64,000 bases of DNA from Alloascoidea hylecoeti (taxonomy: Eukaryota), in contig BCKZ01000002.1 in assembly GCA_001600815.1 (NCBI GenBank), positions 1,558,294-1,622,293 on the forward strand. The letters run 5' to 3'. Numbering within the stretch: position 1 is the stretch's first letter; each line of letters begins with the position of its first letter. The position numbers and the translations under genes were made by a program. Below the pieces are notes generated by a model that was given only the letters and a program-made list of their open reading frames with translations, had not been told where the DNA came from and made no database searches. Shown piece after piece: positions 50,330 to 62,482 of this stretch.

Positions 50330-51580
50330 ATGGTCAGTAAACACCAGAAACACAAAAATGAAAACCAACCTCCATTTGAAGGCAAATCTTCTAACCAACA
50401 GCCAAATCCATACCTGGAAAATGAGGGGTATCCTTTATCCAACTATCCTCCCAGCCAAAATACTCGCGCCTCTACTAGCTCCAACTATTATTCACAACTA
50501 GCTTCGTCTGCAAAAATAAACGAGGGTTTAGACAATGCTGTATATAGTCCCGTTGCAAATTATGGGGCATCATACGGAAATTTATCACATGTTTCAAATG
50601 CAGGGAACAGTTTTGTTAGTAATAACAACAACTACTTCTTTGTTGATGGATACTCAGAGCAACAGAGAACCGGAATCGCACCACCATTAAACAATTACAA
50701 TCTGATAAACTCGCAAAGCTCAGAGGTGATAAACGATATCGATCCTAATAGTTTTCCTGTAGTTAATGAAGTTAGCCCTTCTTGGTATTCTGAAAAGGAG
50801 AAGAATATCTACTTCGACAATCCAAAATACCCAATTGATCCGGAAACTGGCCAATTTATGTATACCACGGGAAACCCAGGTAATAATTATACTTTACCAT
50901 ATTCTCAGAGTAATTGGAATGGGGTACCAGCTAATCAGGTAGCAGAAAGTTCTACTATATCCAGAAACCGGCCTTCTCGGGGAAATCTTACCAAACTGGA
51001 ATCCATCGCAAGTGCAATATCCACTGATTATGATGGAACGTCTTATGAAGGGAGTTCAACCTCACGAGATTCAGGAAACACTCATATACATTCTCACGCC
51101 CAAATACACGTTGGTGGGTCTTCCGGTGGCAGTGGTGATAAAGGTAAGGGAAAAGAACACAAAAGACACCCCCTTAGTGATCACCACCAAACCCAACTGC
51201 ATTTGCAATCCAGTGAGATTCATCATACATCAAGTAGCAGCACACCATCCACAACTGAGGATAAAACATACAAATGCTCCGAATGTGAACAAGCATTTAG
51301 GAGGAGTCATGATTTACGTAGACATTTGAAAACACACTTAAAGATTCCACCCTATGTTTGTCCTATATGCACCAAAGGTTTTGCCAGAAAAGATGCCTTG
51401 AAGGTAAGTCGAAAAATAAAAAAGATAATAAAAAAATATATTTATACTATATTTTAATGATGATTTCCTTATAATTACTAATAACTATTTTTCTTCAAGA
51501 GGCATATTAACACTGCAACCTGTCGTCGAAATCGTCTCCGATTATTAAATTCACAGATCGAACCATCAGAGCAGACCTAG
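50330..51580 (+). CDS. C2H2 zinc-finger transcription factor (two C-terminal fingers). Exons 50330-51403 and 51500-51580
   Basis: YKCSECEQAFRRSHDLRRHLKTH-PYVCPICTKGFARKDALK|RHINTATC. Intron GTAAGT...TACTAAT...AAG completes finger 2. Confidence 0.88.
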
Positions 51581-52682
51581 TTTTTGAATATGAAACACAA
51601 CTTAATGAGATTAACGGTAACAACAAAATATCAGGGATATTAATGATAAAGGACCCTGAAGAAGTCACAGATGAACGCGCACTAGCACCAGGATGTTTTT
51701 ATTTTCAGTTATTGGGAGTTGCAATCGGCAATATTATCGTTAATTAGGTTGCTTCTGGTTTTCTGTAAAATAATATTAATACAGGCTTCAATTGCATTGT
51801 TTAATAGAAACAGAAAATATCAAGCTCAAGCTAAGATCATCGATATTGTCACTATTAAGCAACTTATTTTTCTTTCTTTTATTTTTTTAATTTGAGTGAA
51901 AAGGTTGATAAAAGCATTGTCAATATTTGACTCTGTGTCTATGTTCTATAATGTATTTCTGCTAGTCATAATTTTGAATATTAGAAATAATGTTAATGGA
52001 AATAAATAAGAATATAACCTTATAGTTTAAACATAAACAAAAGTATATGAAGTGCGGGTAAGTTACACGAAAAAAGAAAGTGTTAATAGAAAAAAAGGAT
52101 AAAAGTGTAATTCGGGTCATGGCTCCAAAAAGGACTTCTACCTCACTAAAATCTATAGATGTAGGTCTACTACACCTTGTTGGAACTTGACAGCACAATT
52201 ACTACCAAAAGAGAGATATCCATCAAAACATGAAATAAGGGCTAAGAAGCATTTATTGCCAAATCACAATGAAAGGTAATATATTGGTAGTGGTTGTTTT
52301 GTAAGATAAAGGGGACCCTTTAGGTGAAATAAGATAAAGAAGAAACGGGTTGCTACTTATAATGGTGTATAGCTAACTAATAACTAACCACCATTGCAAT
52401 TGTAAACATAAAACTTTAACTTGTTGAAAATTGAGATTTAGTTCACTATAGGCTATTTCCTGGATCATTTACACAGGAGTGAAAGCCTAACAGAAGAGAT
52501 TCGGCCACATAAGAAAACTAATGATCAAAAATATTGGGGGATTAACGATTATCATCTACATAATTTTCTTGTATTTAAAAATTAGAGATAAGCTTATAAC
52601 TTATAGGTATCTAACAGAAATGTAATGTTGTTAAAAAATCCACTCACATGGTGACTTTCTTTTTTGTACTCTGACATCATTA

Positions 52683-53285
52683 ATGACAGACACAATTAAA
52701 GCAGACGTCGATCTTGCAAACCTTCCATCACCCAGACTTTCCAATCTAGGAGAAGAGGCAAGATCTTATTTAAATAAAGTCTTAGACTATCAATTGGACT
52801 ATAATATTCATGTGTTTGATGGGATCAGCCAAGTAAGACAAAAGGTGGCCAAAGGAAATGCTCTTCATGGAACCACAAAGCCAACGTTCACGTCGGTTAT
52901 GCATGATAGATTGTTGGAACTATTACATCAGGAGAGAGCAAGAAGAACTCAATTGAAGAATAATGTTGAGTATCCATTGCTTCCCGAATTAAATAAAAGA
53001 GAGCTATTACACTCGGAAGCATTTGTCAAATTTGCCGTGCTACAAGGGATTGAATATGAATTCGAGGAGTTTCTATCTGATGATGATTTGGTCATTGATT
53101 TTGCTGACTCGCCAGATTTAACAACCAATATAGATTATAAAGGTGGTGAAATAAACGAAGAGGATGTCAATGCTATTTTGGATACTAATATTATTAAGGT
53201 TATGATTCCATTAGCAGCACAGTACACTTTAACGAGATCAAATAAAGATCCAATACCGGAAGCTATGACTAAATTAAAAAATTGA
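52683..53285 (+). CDS. Hypothetical protein, 200 aa
   Basis: ATG-initiated 603-nt ORF with globular-protein composition in AT-rich surroundings; no family recognised. Confidence 0.65.
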   Translation: MTDTIKADVDLANLPSPRLSNLGEEARSYLNKVLDYQLDYNIHVFDGISQVRQKVAKGNALHGTTKPTFTSVMHDRLLELLHQERARRTQLKNNVEYPLLPELNKRELLHSEAFVKFAVLQGIEYEFEEFLSDDDLVIDFADSPDLTTNIDYKGGEINEEDVNAILDTNIIKVMIPLAAQYTLTRSNKDPIPEAMTKLKN

Positions 53286-53458
53286 TAGAAAGTATATTAA
53301 TATGACTATAATTAATGAAATTTTCCTATTATGACACTACTAAGAATAGCCCATATTTAAATAAACTTTGGCATATAGGTAGAACATGAAAATGAATGTA
53401 ATGAGTCCAAAATATCAATCAAAAAGAAAAAGAAAAAGGCTATATAAATACAATAATA

Positions 53459-55228
53459 TTAACATGCTCCGCGGTAACCAGGATTATTTGTTTGTTGATT
53501 TGAAAGGATCGATCTTCGCCTTTCTTTATTCTGTAATTTGCTTACAGCGTCCTGTTCACTCGTCATTACAAGTGCCAAAAGAGACTCTCTGACCATTTCA
53601 ACTTGCCCTTCTCCCTGAAAATGTTGTCTCGCAGCTTCTGCAGCCTTGATCAAACTTTGTACTACCTCAACGATATTGCTCATCAATTTGTCCAATAGTT
53701 CAAGAGTTAAAGTCATTCGGCAAACAATTCTCAAGATTTCGGTTTTATTTTCACTAGGTGGCAAAGGATAGTTTGGAATAATAAACCCGTGGATCCTTAG
53801 GAGGGTTGAAATGGCGGCTTGTGGAATTTCCGGATAAAGATCTTTAAATTCATCAGTAAATTTGAATGATACAACTGGTAAGCCCTCGTTATAATATTCA
53901 GCATTTTTGGGATACGAAGCATTTTCTCCGCCATTTGGTGTAGCTTGACCAGGAGTTATTGATCCAGGAAGAAATCCTAAAACCCCTCTTCTCCTGTGAA
54001 TGTCGCTGACACACTCAAAATAACCAGTAGCTTCAAGAAATCTACTTAACAATCTGGCATTACATAAAGATTGTGAGTGAATTCTTTTATAACCCTCTCT
54101 TCCAAGGTGTATCAATAAGTAATACTGATGAATCACTTGATGGCCTGGTCTAGAGAAATTAAGAGTATAACTTTCTTCGATAGCTCCTAAGTATTTCAAT
54201 TGGAATACAAGATTATCTGGCAAATATTCCCGATCCCTCCAAATAATCCACCCAAGGCCTACAGAAGTCAACCCAAACTTGTGCCCTGAAGCATTAATAC
54301 TTTTAACTCTTGGTAATCTAAAGTCCCATTTCAATTTTGGATATAGAAAAGGCGCGATAAAGGCACCAGAAGCTCCATCAACATGAATTGGAATATCATT
54401 ACCTGTTTCTTCTTCATACTCATCTAGAATCTTTGATAATTTTTCAATGTTATCAAAATGACCGGTGTATGTTGAACCAAGAACTGCAAATACACCTATA
54501 GTATTTTCATCCAAATAATCTCTAAAGGTCCTTANATCAATGACATAATTGGATTCCCTGCTTACTGGAATAATTCTGGCTTCCACATCGAAATATCGAG
54601 CAAATTTCTCAAGAGCAACTTGAACACTTGCAGCCATTATTATATTTGGCTTTGAAGTGTCTTGGCCCTTAGATTTCATTTTTGCTTCCCATCTTCTTTT
54701 CATTGTTAAACCACCCAACATAACAGCTTCACTAGACCCTGTTGTAGCCGATCCAATGGCATGTTCACCACTGGGAACATTCCATAAACCTCCAAGGATA
54801 GAAACGCATCTCTGAACAACATCAATCATGGCAGGATATTCATCATTATCTGCCAAATTCTTTGTGAGGTTCTCATTAATGAGCTTAGAGGATTCATCTG
54901 AAACATAAGTATTAACGAAACTAGCCAGATTTAAAATTGGTGTTCCGTCCAGATTAAGCATATCATGAATCATTTGATAAGCATTTCCAGGTTCCACACC
55001 ATGATCAGGGATTCTATATTTAGGAATTCTTTCATTTGATGTATATCTTGATACGTAATGCTCTTGCAAAGTCAATTCTGTAGCTGCTGGTCTGAATTTG
55101 TTAAGCTTTTTTTGACTGGAACGATAGCCGTTGGGAGCAAGTAAACCATGTTTTGTATTTGGTGCTTCTTTAAGAGCAAGAAGTTCTTCTTGTAATCTTT
55201 CAACATCAATATGATCTACTAATGACAT
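53459..55228 (-). CDS. GAD1: Glutamate decarboxylase (PLP)
   Basis: LDGTPILNLASFV, TTGSSEAVMLGGL, ALEKFARYFDVE, IHVDGASG, SINASGHKFG (PLP Lys), LNFSRPG. Confidence 0.96.
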   Translation of the reverse strand: MSLVDHIDVERLQEELLALKEAPNTKHGLLAPNGYRSSQKKLNKFRPAATELTLQEHYVSRYTSNERIPKYRIPDHGVEPGNAYQMIHDMLNLDGTPILNLASFVNTYVSDESSKLINENLTKNLADNDEYPAMIDVVQRCVSILGGLWNVPSGEHAIGSATTGSSEAVMLGGLTMKRRWEAKMKSKGQDTSKPNIIMAASVQVALEKFARYFDVEARIIPVSRESNYVIDXRTFRDYLDENTIGVFAVLGSTYTGHFDNIEKLSKILDEYEEETGNDIPIHVDGASGAFIAPFLYPKLKWDFRLPRVKSINASGHKFGLTSVGLGWIIWRDREYLPDNLVFQLKYLGAIEESYTLNFSRPGHQVIHQYYLLIHLGREGYKRIHSQSLCNARLLSRFLEATGYFECVSDIHRRRGVLGFLPGSITPGQATPNGGENASYPKNAEYYNEGLPVVSFKFTDEFKDLYPEIPQAAISTLLRIHGFIIPNYPLPPSENKTEILRIVCRMTLTLELLDKLMSNIVEVVQSLIKAAEAARQHFQGEGQVEMVRESLLALVMTSEQDAVSKLQNKERRRSILSNQQTNNPGYRGAC

Positions 55229-57766
55229 AGTTAGTTAATTATGAATCAGGATTTAAGTTTCGAAACTGAATTTGAAAAAGTCAGTCGCCTTTTAAATCTA
55301 AGAGATAATGAAGAGGATATAGAAAAGTGGAATAGATTTTATTGATTAACGAATTTAAGAATTAATAGCAATAAATATCTATATGACCCTAAAGAAACTA
55401 TCATCTTATATTTATATGATATTTGACCCACCCCACGCCATGAAAGTAGTAAGAGCAATCCCGACAAAGGAAAAGGTCTACCCGCTGACACGCTGTCCAC
55501 TTTTCACGGTTAGTGCCCTTATAATTCAATTTAAATTTCTGGGAGGTTCGGGTGATGATGTTTGAGTTTCTGGAATGCTTATAATTACCAGTATTGCAAG
55601 GCTGAATTTGTTGTCACAAGATGTGGATATTTTATTAAAAATTTCACAATTGTCTTGTTACAGTCTTAATATTCAGATCGATGGATATGTATATGACGTC
55701 ATATATACCCTCGAATTGTTTATTTTCTGTGATCTGTTTCAGAGCACAAGAGACATCGATCGGTCGGTATTATCCAGAGTTAACATGGTACACTATATTT
55801 CTGAATATTTAGAGCTATAGCAAAATGTTCGGTCTTTTTCCGATACTATTAATTAAACAGATGATTGACAGGCACATGGTAATAAATGTATTAATGAATG
55901 TCTAGAGAAGCTCAAGATTTAGAAGCGTCATTCAATATATGTTACACATGTCTCTCTTTAAATGGTATATGGTAAGTAACCCTAAGGCATCCAACAAAGA
56001 AATTGGTAATACTTTAAACTTGTGATATTAACGCAACAGGAAACATCTACGCATATGATGAATGGTGATTATAAAAATCATAGTATAGGGATATGCAATT
56101 AAAACATCTAGTTCTGGAATATTCTCTAGTATTTTATTACTCGGTTATGGTAGCTATAGAGCATGTCTAAGTTTGGATGGCTATTTTTGAATAATTTAAA
56201 AGGGCGTGTCTATAATATAACACAATCAGTTTCACAATTAATTATATGAAAATGGATATTGATATAGGTTATACTTATGATTGCCCGTGGGGAACAGTCA
56301 GCTTAAGTTATATGCATACATGGCCGCGGTACAATAACTGTAACGCAACGTTAGTTACAAAGCGTTATAAATTGCATTTGGTGATAATTATCATATAAAT
56401 ATATGCGATAGTGTAAGAATTTATTTGATATAACCTTATAATTATAGCATTGAATTTTTGAAGCAAAAGGATTTGGACAAGGCGTGAAATAATGCATAGC
56501 AATTGGTAGTATACAACAGCATTCATTTCCTCGATGACACATTATGGTATAACAGTTTTTTTAAAAATTCTTTAGAGTTAAAGCGAACTGCATCTCCATT
56601 AAGAGTATATCCAAGATCCTAAATATGATGAAGATGATGCTAACTAACCCAGATTATGACTAGAAATTGCATATAGCGCTAGCTTTTCGGTTACAACTGG
56701 CACCATGACGCCACGACTTATAAGAGCATCGGGTATCTGCCAAAATTATACATGTATTTGCGCCTAGTACTACCCGTAACTATTTATACTATAATTTAAC
56801 ATTTCCTTATAATAAGCTTAAGTATAAGCTTGAGATTATAATAAAAAATAATTATCAATAGTGAATCTCCAGTTTTATCCTTCACTTGCATAATTGTACC
56901 ATATATTATTAACTAGCTATTAGTGTCAAATTGTCATGATCAATACAATATAGTTTTATAAAATTTAAGGCTTCGGTGAAACGGTCCATTACAAGCTTAA
57001 GACCATATCACATAGCTAGTACTTTAATCATTATCTTTTTCTTTTTATATCCGCTTATTTATTTTTGTGTGAACTTTGCTGATCGTGATGGAACTTTTGT
57101 AACCGGTGGATCCTGAAGTAGAAAAAAAAAACGAAGAAAATATATCCGAGAAAGAGATAGTTAAAAATCTCATAGGTTGTAAACAGGTGTTTTTTGAAAG
57201 TGTTCTCGCCAGATTAAGAATAGCAAACAAAGTGATAATAGAAACAATACTCTTCCAATTAGAATTTCGGTCGAAATTAATATATTAAGGGACGGATTTG
57301 ATAGCCAATAATTTAAGACGATAAGTCTTGAATGGATTTTATGTTTGAAACGTTAGAACACATTGATGTTTTTCCAGTTAATGCTCTGCAAGAACATTAA
57401 GTTGAAGCGCCGTGAAGAAAGTAGGTATAGCTCAGCTCTTCTTTGCAAGTGTTAAACATCAATCTTTAGGCTAGAAAAGGAGTCTGAAAATTCAATATAG
57501 TAAATGTATAAATGAGTTACAATTATGTCATCTTATGTATCCAATGGAGTGTGCGCTTAGAATATTAAAAGATAAGGTTATGAAAACATAAAATAAGAGA
57601 GGTTTGGAAACTGGCAATAAAGCCGAAAACACTAGCACTAGCCATCGAATTTGTTGATTTATGATAAACGACTAAATCATTGATAAGTTTATGACTTGAG
57701 ATTGTAACTCTATACATTCCGATCTTTGGTCATATAGCTTTGTAACTGGAATATGAATAGTTATGT

Positions 57767-59837
57767 TTAAAAACTGTCAACCGTGATGAAGTCTTTAAAA
57801 GTCTCCTTATATTGTGACCATACATGTATTAATGCCTCATTTAATTGCCGACCCCAAGAAGACTCCATACTAGAAATATATGTTAGTAACCAATTAGATA
57901 TGGTTTTAAAAGAAAATACTTGCTTTACTGTAGGTGTTATTTTCTTAATATCTAATTTCAAGCAAAACAAACATAATTCTCTAAAACTAGAATGCTCGCT
58001 ATATGGAACTGAGTATATCTGAAATACTTTTGATGGTTTGTACTGTGCTTCTAAATCATCACACTTGAAAATTGTTTTTCCATTTTCTATAATATCTTTT
58101 AATAGATTAAAAGAAAGCTCCGGGCCTTTTTTCCATTGTGATGTAAAAGACCATCCTGTTGGCTTAAATGCAGTAATGTTACTAAACTGATTTTGATACT
58201 GTTTATAATAATCTTCTAAACACTGTAACAATGGTGTTAGTAAAAAGTTAATAGGTTGGTTGATATGTGGAATAAGTAAAAAATTACCTCTTCAGTTAAA
58301 TTCCTCATAGTAACCAAGTGAACTTGAGCTTCATAAGGATTTGATGTCAAAAAAGAATTTAATTCTTTGCTTTCATAAGAGTTAACAATTAAATGTTTAT
58401 CTGGTTTAACGTATATTTTTGTTCCGAGTTTCTTAGCAATTCCCATTGCTAGTTTTTCCTTCCCAATTGTATATGTACCAACAGCAATCAGCAAACCTTT
58501 TTTATGTTTCTCATACCCACGAGAATAAAAGAAATCGGTTAATCTTCTTTGTGACTTCTTTGCTGTTATTTGACCATCATTCAACTTCTTGCAAAATTCT
58601 GCACTTGAATCAATTACTAATTGTTGGTTTGGGAAAATGTATTTTGGATCAACATATGTTGTGTCTAAATATAAGTTATCTATTGGTAAATCATAAAGTT
58701 TCAGGTTATTTATATGGTCGGCACAAGCTCTGAAATCACCCGTGTGAAGAATTCTTATATCGGCTTCAAATAGTATAATAGCGGCACCTGGACAACTTTA
58801 GTATTAAGAATTAGTTTCAAGATTAGTGTATTATTCTTATATAATCAGAAATATAGCGCGTATAACTTACTGGTTAGCATCAATTAATGTCGTTTTAACT
58901 CCAAATATATCGTATTCTTTATTCATCGCTAAAGGAGTAACCCAATTATGATCGATGCGAAGTTTTAAAGCTACTAATCTAGCTGTTATTTCAGAACAAT
59001 AAATTTGACCATGTTTCCAAGATTTAGTAAGACCCATATAATGATCAGCATGAAAATGCCTATTATGAAACAGATCTATGAGTATTAAACCCTTCATAAT
59101 ATAGTTTTAGATTATAGATATACATACGTTAGGAAATAAGCATCAACACCTGGAATATTACCATAACAAAACGCGTCAACTGCAAATATTTTCCCTCCAA
59201 TTTTAAATGTCTTGTAATCTGGTATTACTTTTTCCTTCTTAGGTCTTTTAGATGAATTAGTTTTTGTTGGTGAGATAAGTCTTTTTGTTGGTGATATCGA
59301 TCTTTTCATGGTTGATTGATATTTAGCCTCTTCTTTCCCTTTTTCCTTTTTAGGTTTTCTAGATTTTAAAATAGTTTTTGTTGATGATATCGATCTTTTC
59401 GTAGTTGATTGATGTTTATATTTGGCCTCCTCTTTCCCCTTCCCTTTAATCTGTTTAGTTGAATGAAAGCTACTACTCCTTAAGCTTGAACTCGGTTCAT
59501 GTGTTAAGTCAATGACTTCTGATACATCAGTACTGTCTAAATCAATTGCAACTTGAGCTAGACATGTCTCAACATGAGCCTCTCTTTCTTTAAGCGATAA
59601 TTTAATAAGATTAACGGAACACACAGGACAATTAATGGTTGGATCAAATCCCATTATTTCCGCGACTATTTTTTCTTCCATTATTGAAATATCATCGCTT
59701 TCTTTAATGGCAAAGTTTTCCATACTCACATTCTTTTTTTCGTTTTTAGTTGGTGTTTGGGAACGACTAAGGAAACTATCAATCATAGGTGAAAGAGCTT
59801 TACTATTGATATTTGATTTAGTCCTTTTTATTGTCAT
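57767..59837 (-). CDS. PSO2: DNA cross-link repair nuclease Pso2/Snm1, 602 aa. Exons 59837-59128, 59059-58871, 58795-58288, 58222-57924, 57869-57767
   Basis: UBZ finger CPVC...HVETC, THFHADH, DANHCPG, HTGDFR, YLDTT, GTYTIGKE, PTGW, VPYSEHSS, and PTVN (restored by a GC-AG intron). Confidence 0.93.
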
Positions 59838-59988
59838 AATGAACCACAAGTATCCTTAAGAAAAATAATTCCACTCTAAATTTAAATTATCTTATATTTA
59901 TATTGGCTTTCTAAAGCATTTTGAGTCGAATAATTGTTAATTATATTACAAATCATACTAAGGACGAAAAACAGGTACAAAGTTGGAT

Positions 59989-59996
59989 GTCACGTG
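59989..59996. promoter_or_regulatory. Cbf1-like E-box in the PSO2/ARL2 bidirectional promoter
   Basis: GTCACGTG in a 351-bp divergent intergenic region. Confidence 0.35.
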
Positions 59997-60188
59997 CTAT
60001 TCTTTTTTTTTGAGGAACTATGAATTATGTTCAAACAGCGAATTATAAACAATTTTTGCCAAATACATATCTTTAGATTCGCCATTTAAGCCATATATTT
60101 ACTCTACCATTAAATTAGAGTCTTAAAACTTTAATCCACCCATTCACCTTTTAAATATTTGGTAAGAGACAAACAATAGATCAACATC

Positions 60189-61066
60189 ATGGGTCTTCTT
60201 TCAATTCTGAGAAGACAGAGATTAAAGGATAAAGAAATCCGAGTCCTTATGCTGTAAGTATATACAAATATATGAAAGTTGTTTAATATCTAAATCAGAA
60301 TTGTATCAATAAATTCAAAACTTATATATAATTAACATTGAATAACAGGGGACTTGATAATTCCGGGAAAACAACAATAGTAAAGGCAATTCTTAAAGAG
60401 GATGTTAAAGAAGTGTCTCCTACATTAGGCTTCAATATAAAGACGGTACAAAGAGATGAGTATGTGAAAATAAAAAAGGGGGAATATAATACGATTGAAT
60501 CTATTTTTTCTAACTTGCTTCCTATAAATTTTACAGGTTCACATTAAATATTTGTAAGCTACATTTTTATATCACCAATCTTATGGGATCCCAGAAAACA
60601 ATTCGCAACTCAATCTAATCTGAAACAAACTTCAATAGGGGATATAGGGGGGCAATCAACATTAAGACCCTTTTGGTATAATTATTTCGAAAAGACAGAT
60701 TCTTTAATTTGGGTTGTTGATGCTGTGTCATTGGATCGAATAGAAGAATGTAGAAAAGAGCTTCATAATGTTTTGACAGAAGATCGTTTAGTCGGAGCAA
60801 ATCTATTGGTGTTCGTCAATAAATTGGATTTAATACCAGAGGAGAAACGGGAGGAAGTTGTTCTGAGCGTTAAAAATGTAAGTTTAATTATTTGGGAAAT
60901 ATGATTTGTTCACTAAACAATATTTTATTGATAGGCATTGGATCTGGATAAGATAATAGGGCATAATTGGAAAGTTATAGGTTGTAGTGCATATACAAAA
61001 CAGAACCTCGATAAAGGTCTTGATTGGGTTATACAAGAGATAAAAGATCGACTTTATATTCTATAG
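60189..61066 (+). CDS. ARL2: Arf-like GTPase Arl2/Cin4, 187 aa. Exons 60189-60253, 60349-60459, 60537-60553, 60639-60877, 60935-61066
   Basis: [69 protein letters not shown]. Includes a 17-nt microexon; exons sum to 564 nt. Confidence 0.93.
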
Positions 61067-62482
61067 AACCTTTTTCAGCTAAACATAAAATGATTTATTT
61101 TCACTATTAACATTTATAATAGTACTCTTGTTACGAATGATGGGTCATTATTGTATTCCAATTGTATGTCTGGACTCTGGATATTAAAGGAATAATTGGA
61201 AAAATCGGAGAAATTATTATAATTAATAAATTATAAACTACAACCAAATCAGTATAAAATCAAAAGTTTGTTATCACTTTATATTAAATATTATTCTTTT
61301 AGACATCATAATTTCCAGGGCATCACTCTATAGATCGGACATGTCGTATTCCGCCAGATCATAACAGGGCATATTCAAAGAGATGGTCGGAATTGTCCGC
61401 GACCATGTATCACCAGACGTCAATAGATTTCTACTCCTCAAAAGGTGAGATCGATGCTAAAATAGAACATGGATGATGAGAAAGAGGCTTCTATAAATAT
61501 AAAACAAGTTAGAAGTATATTACATTTCCATTCCCGTACGCCTATCGTGATGGCCATGTAGTAGAAGGGCCCTTGGAGTATATCATGCATATATGGGGTT
61601 CCTAAATATTCCTGCGCGGCCTTTTTAAAATCGATAAGTTTATGAGCGACTCTAGATATACCGATACACCGATATGCTCCTTAAGCTTGTTCATGATCAT
61701 GATTTTTTGTGATGTTCTAACAATGTTTACAATTGCAAGATATCTACTTTTTGTTGGGCCCCGGATATCATCAACACTGCATACTAACGTATAAGAATGA
61801 TATTACTGTATGAAATTACTCTTGAGCAACTCGAATGCTTGAAAGCCTTGAATGGTCGATAACATCTGAATTATTCCGAAGATGAGTTAGTAAACCCGAT
61901 TCATTCCTCAAAAATAACGGTTTGTATTATTATTGTTATTATTATAATTAGCACTTGCACATGAAGATACGCAGCTAATAATCTTCCCCTCCAAAAACAA
62001 TAGCATGCTCTTAACAAAAACGTCGGGGTTTTGTTAAGGATGTGGGAATTTTCACGATTATTCATTATAACCATTGGAACTTTTTGGATTTCACGGAATA
62101 TCATGATGTTTTATTAATATGAATGAATATTTGATATTAGACATAGTCTCCAAATCTGGTAACAATACGGGCCGTTTGTAACGGTGCGTCTTCCTGTAGT
62201 GTGTCTCGAAATATGACAGACCGTCGGGTCTTTCCCGTATATCGGGTACGCACTATAAAAACTCCATAATTCCATGATAATAGTCATCTCTTCTTCCTCC
62301 ACAATCTTCTTCAAGTCTTCCTTCGAGTATTCTTTGAAGTATTCTTTGAAGTATTCTTAAAACTGTATCTACAATCGGTTATTGTATTCTTATTGGGATT
62401 CATCTTGTCTTCTGTCTACAATCCAGAAACGTTTAATCCAATTATCAATCTTCTACCGTTTTCAAATCTACAACACAACAAA

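Noticed and set aside
54535..54535. X in GAD1 suggesting disruption
   Set aside because: Single ambiguous base (N); the frame is intact.
62325..62360. 13-nt tandem repeat AGTATTCTTTGA upstream of MDH
   Set aside because: Under three copies; likely simple slippage with no supportable function.
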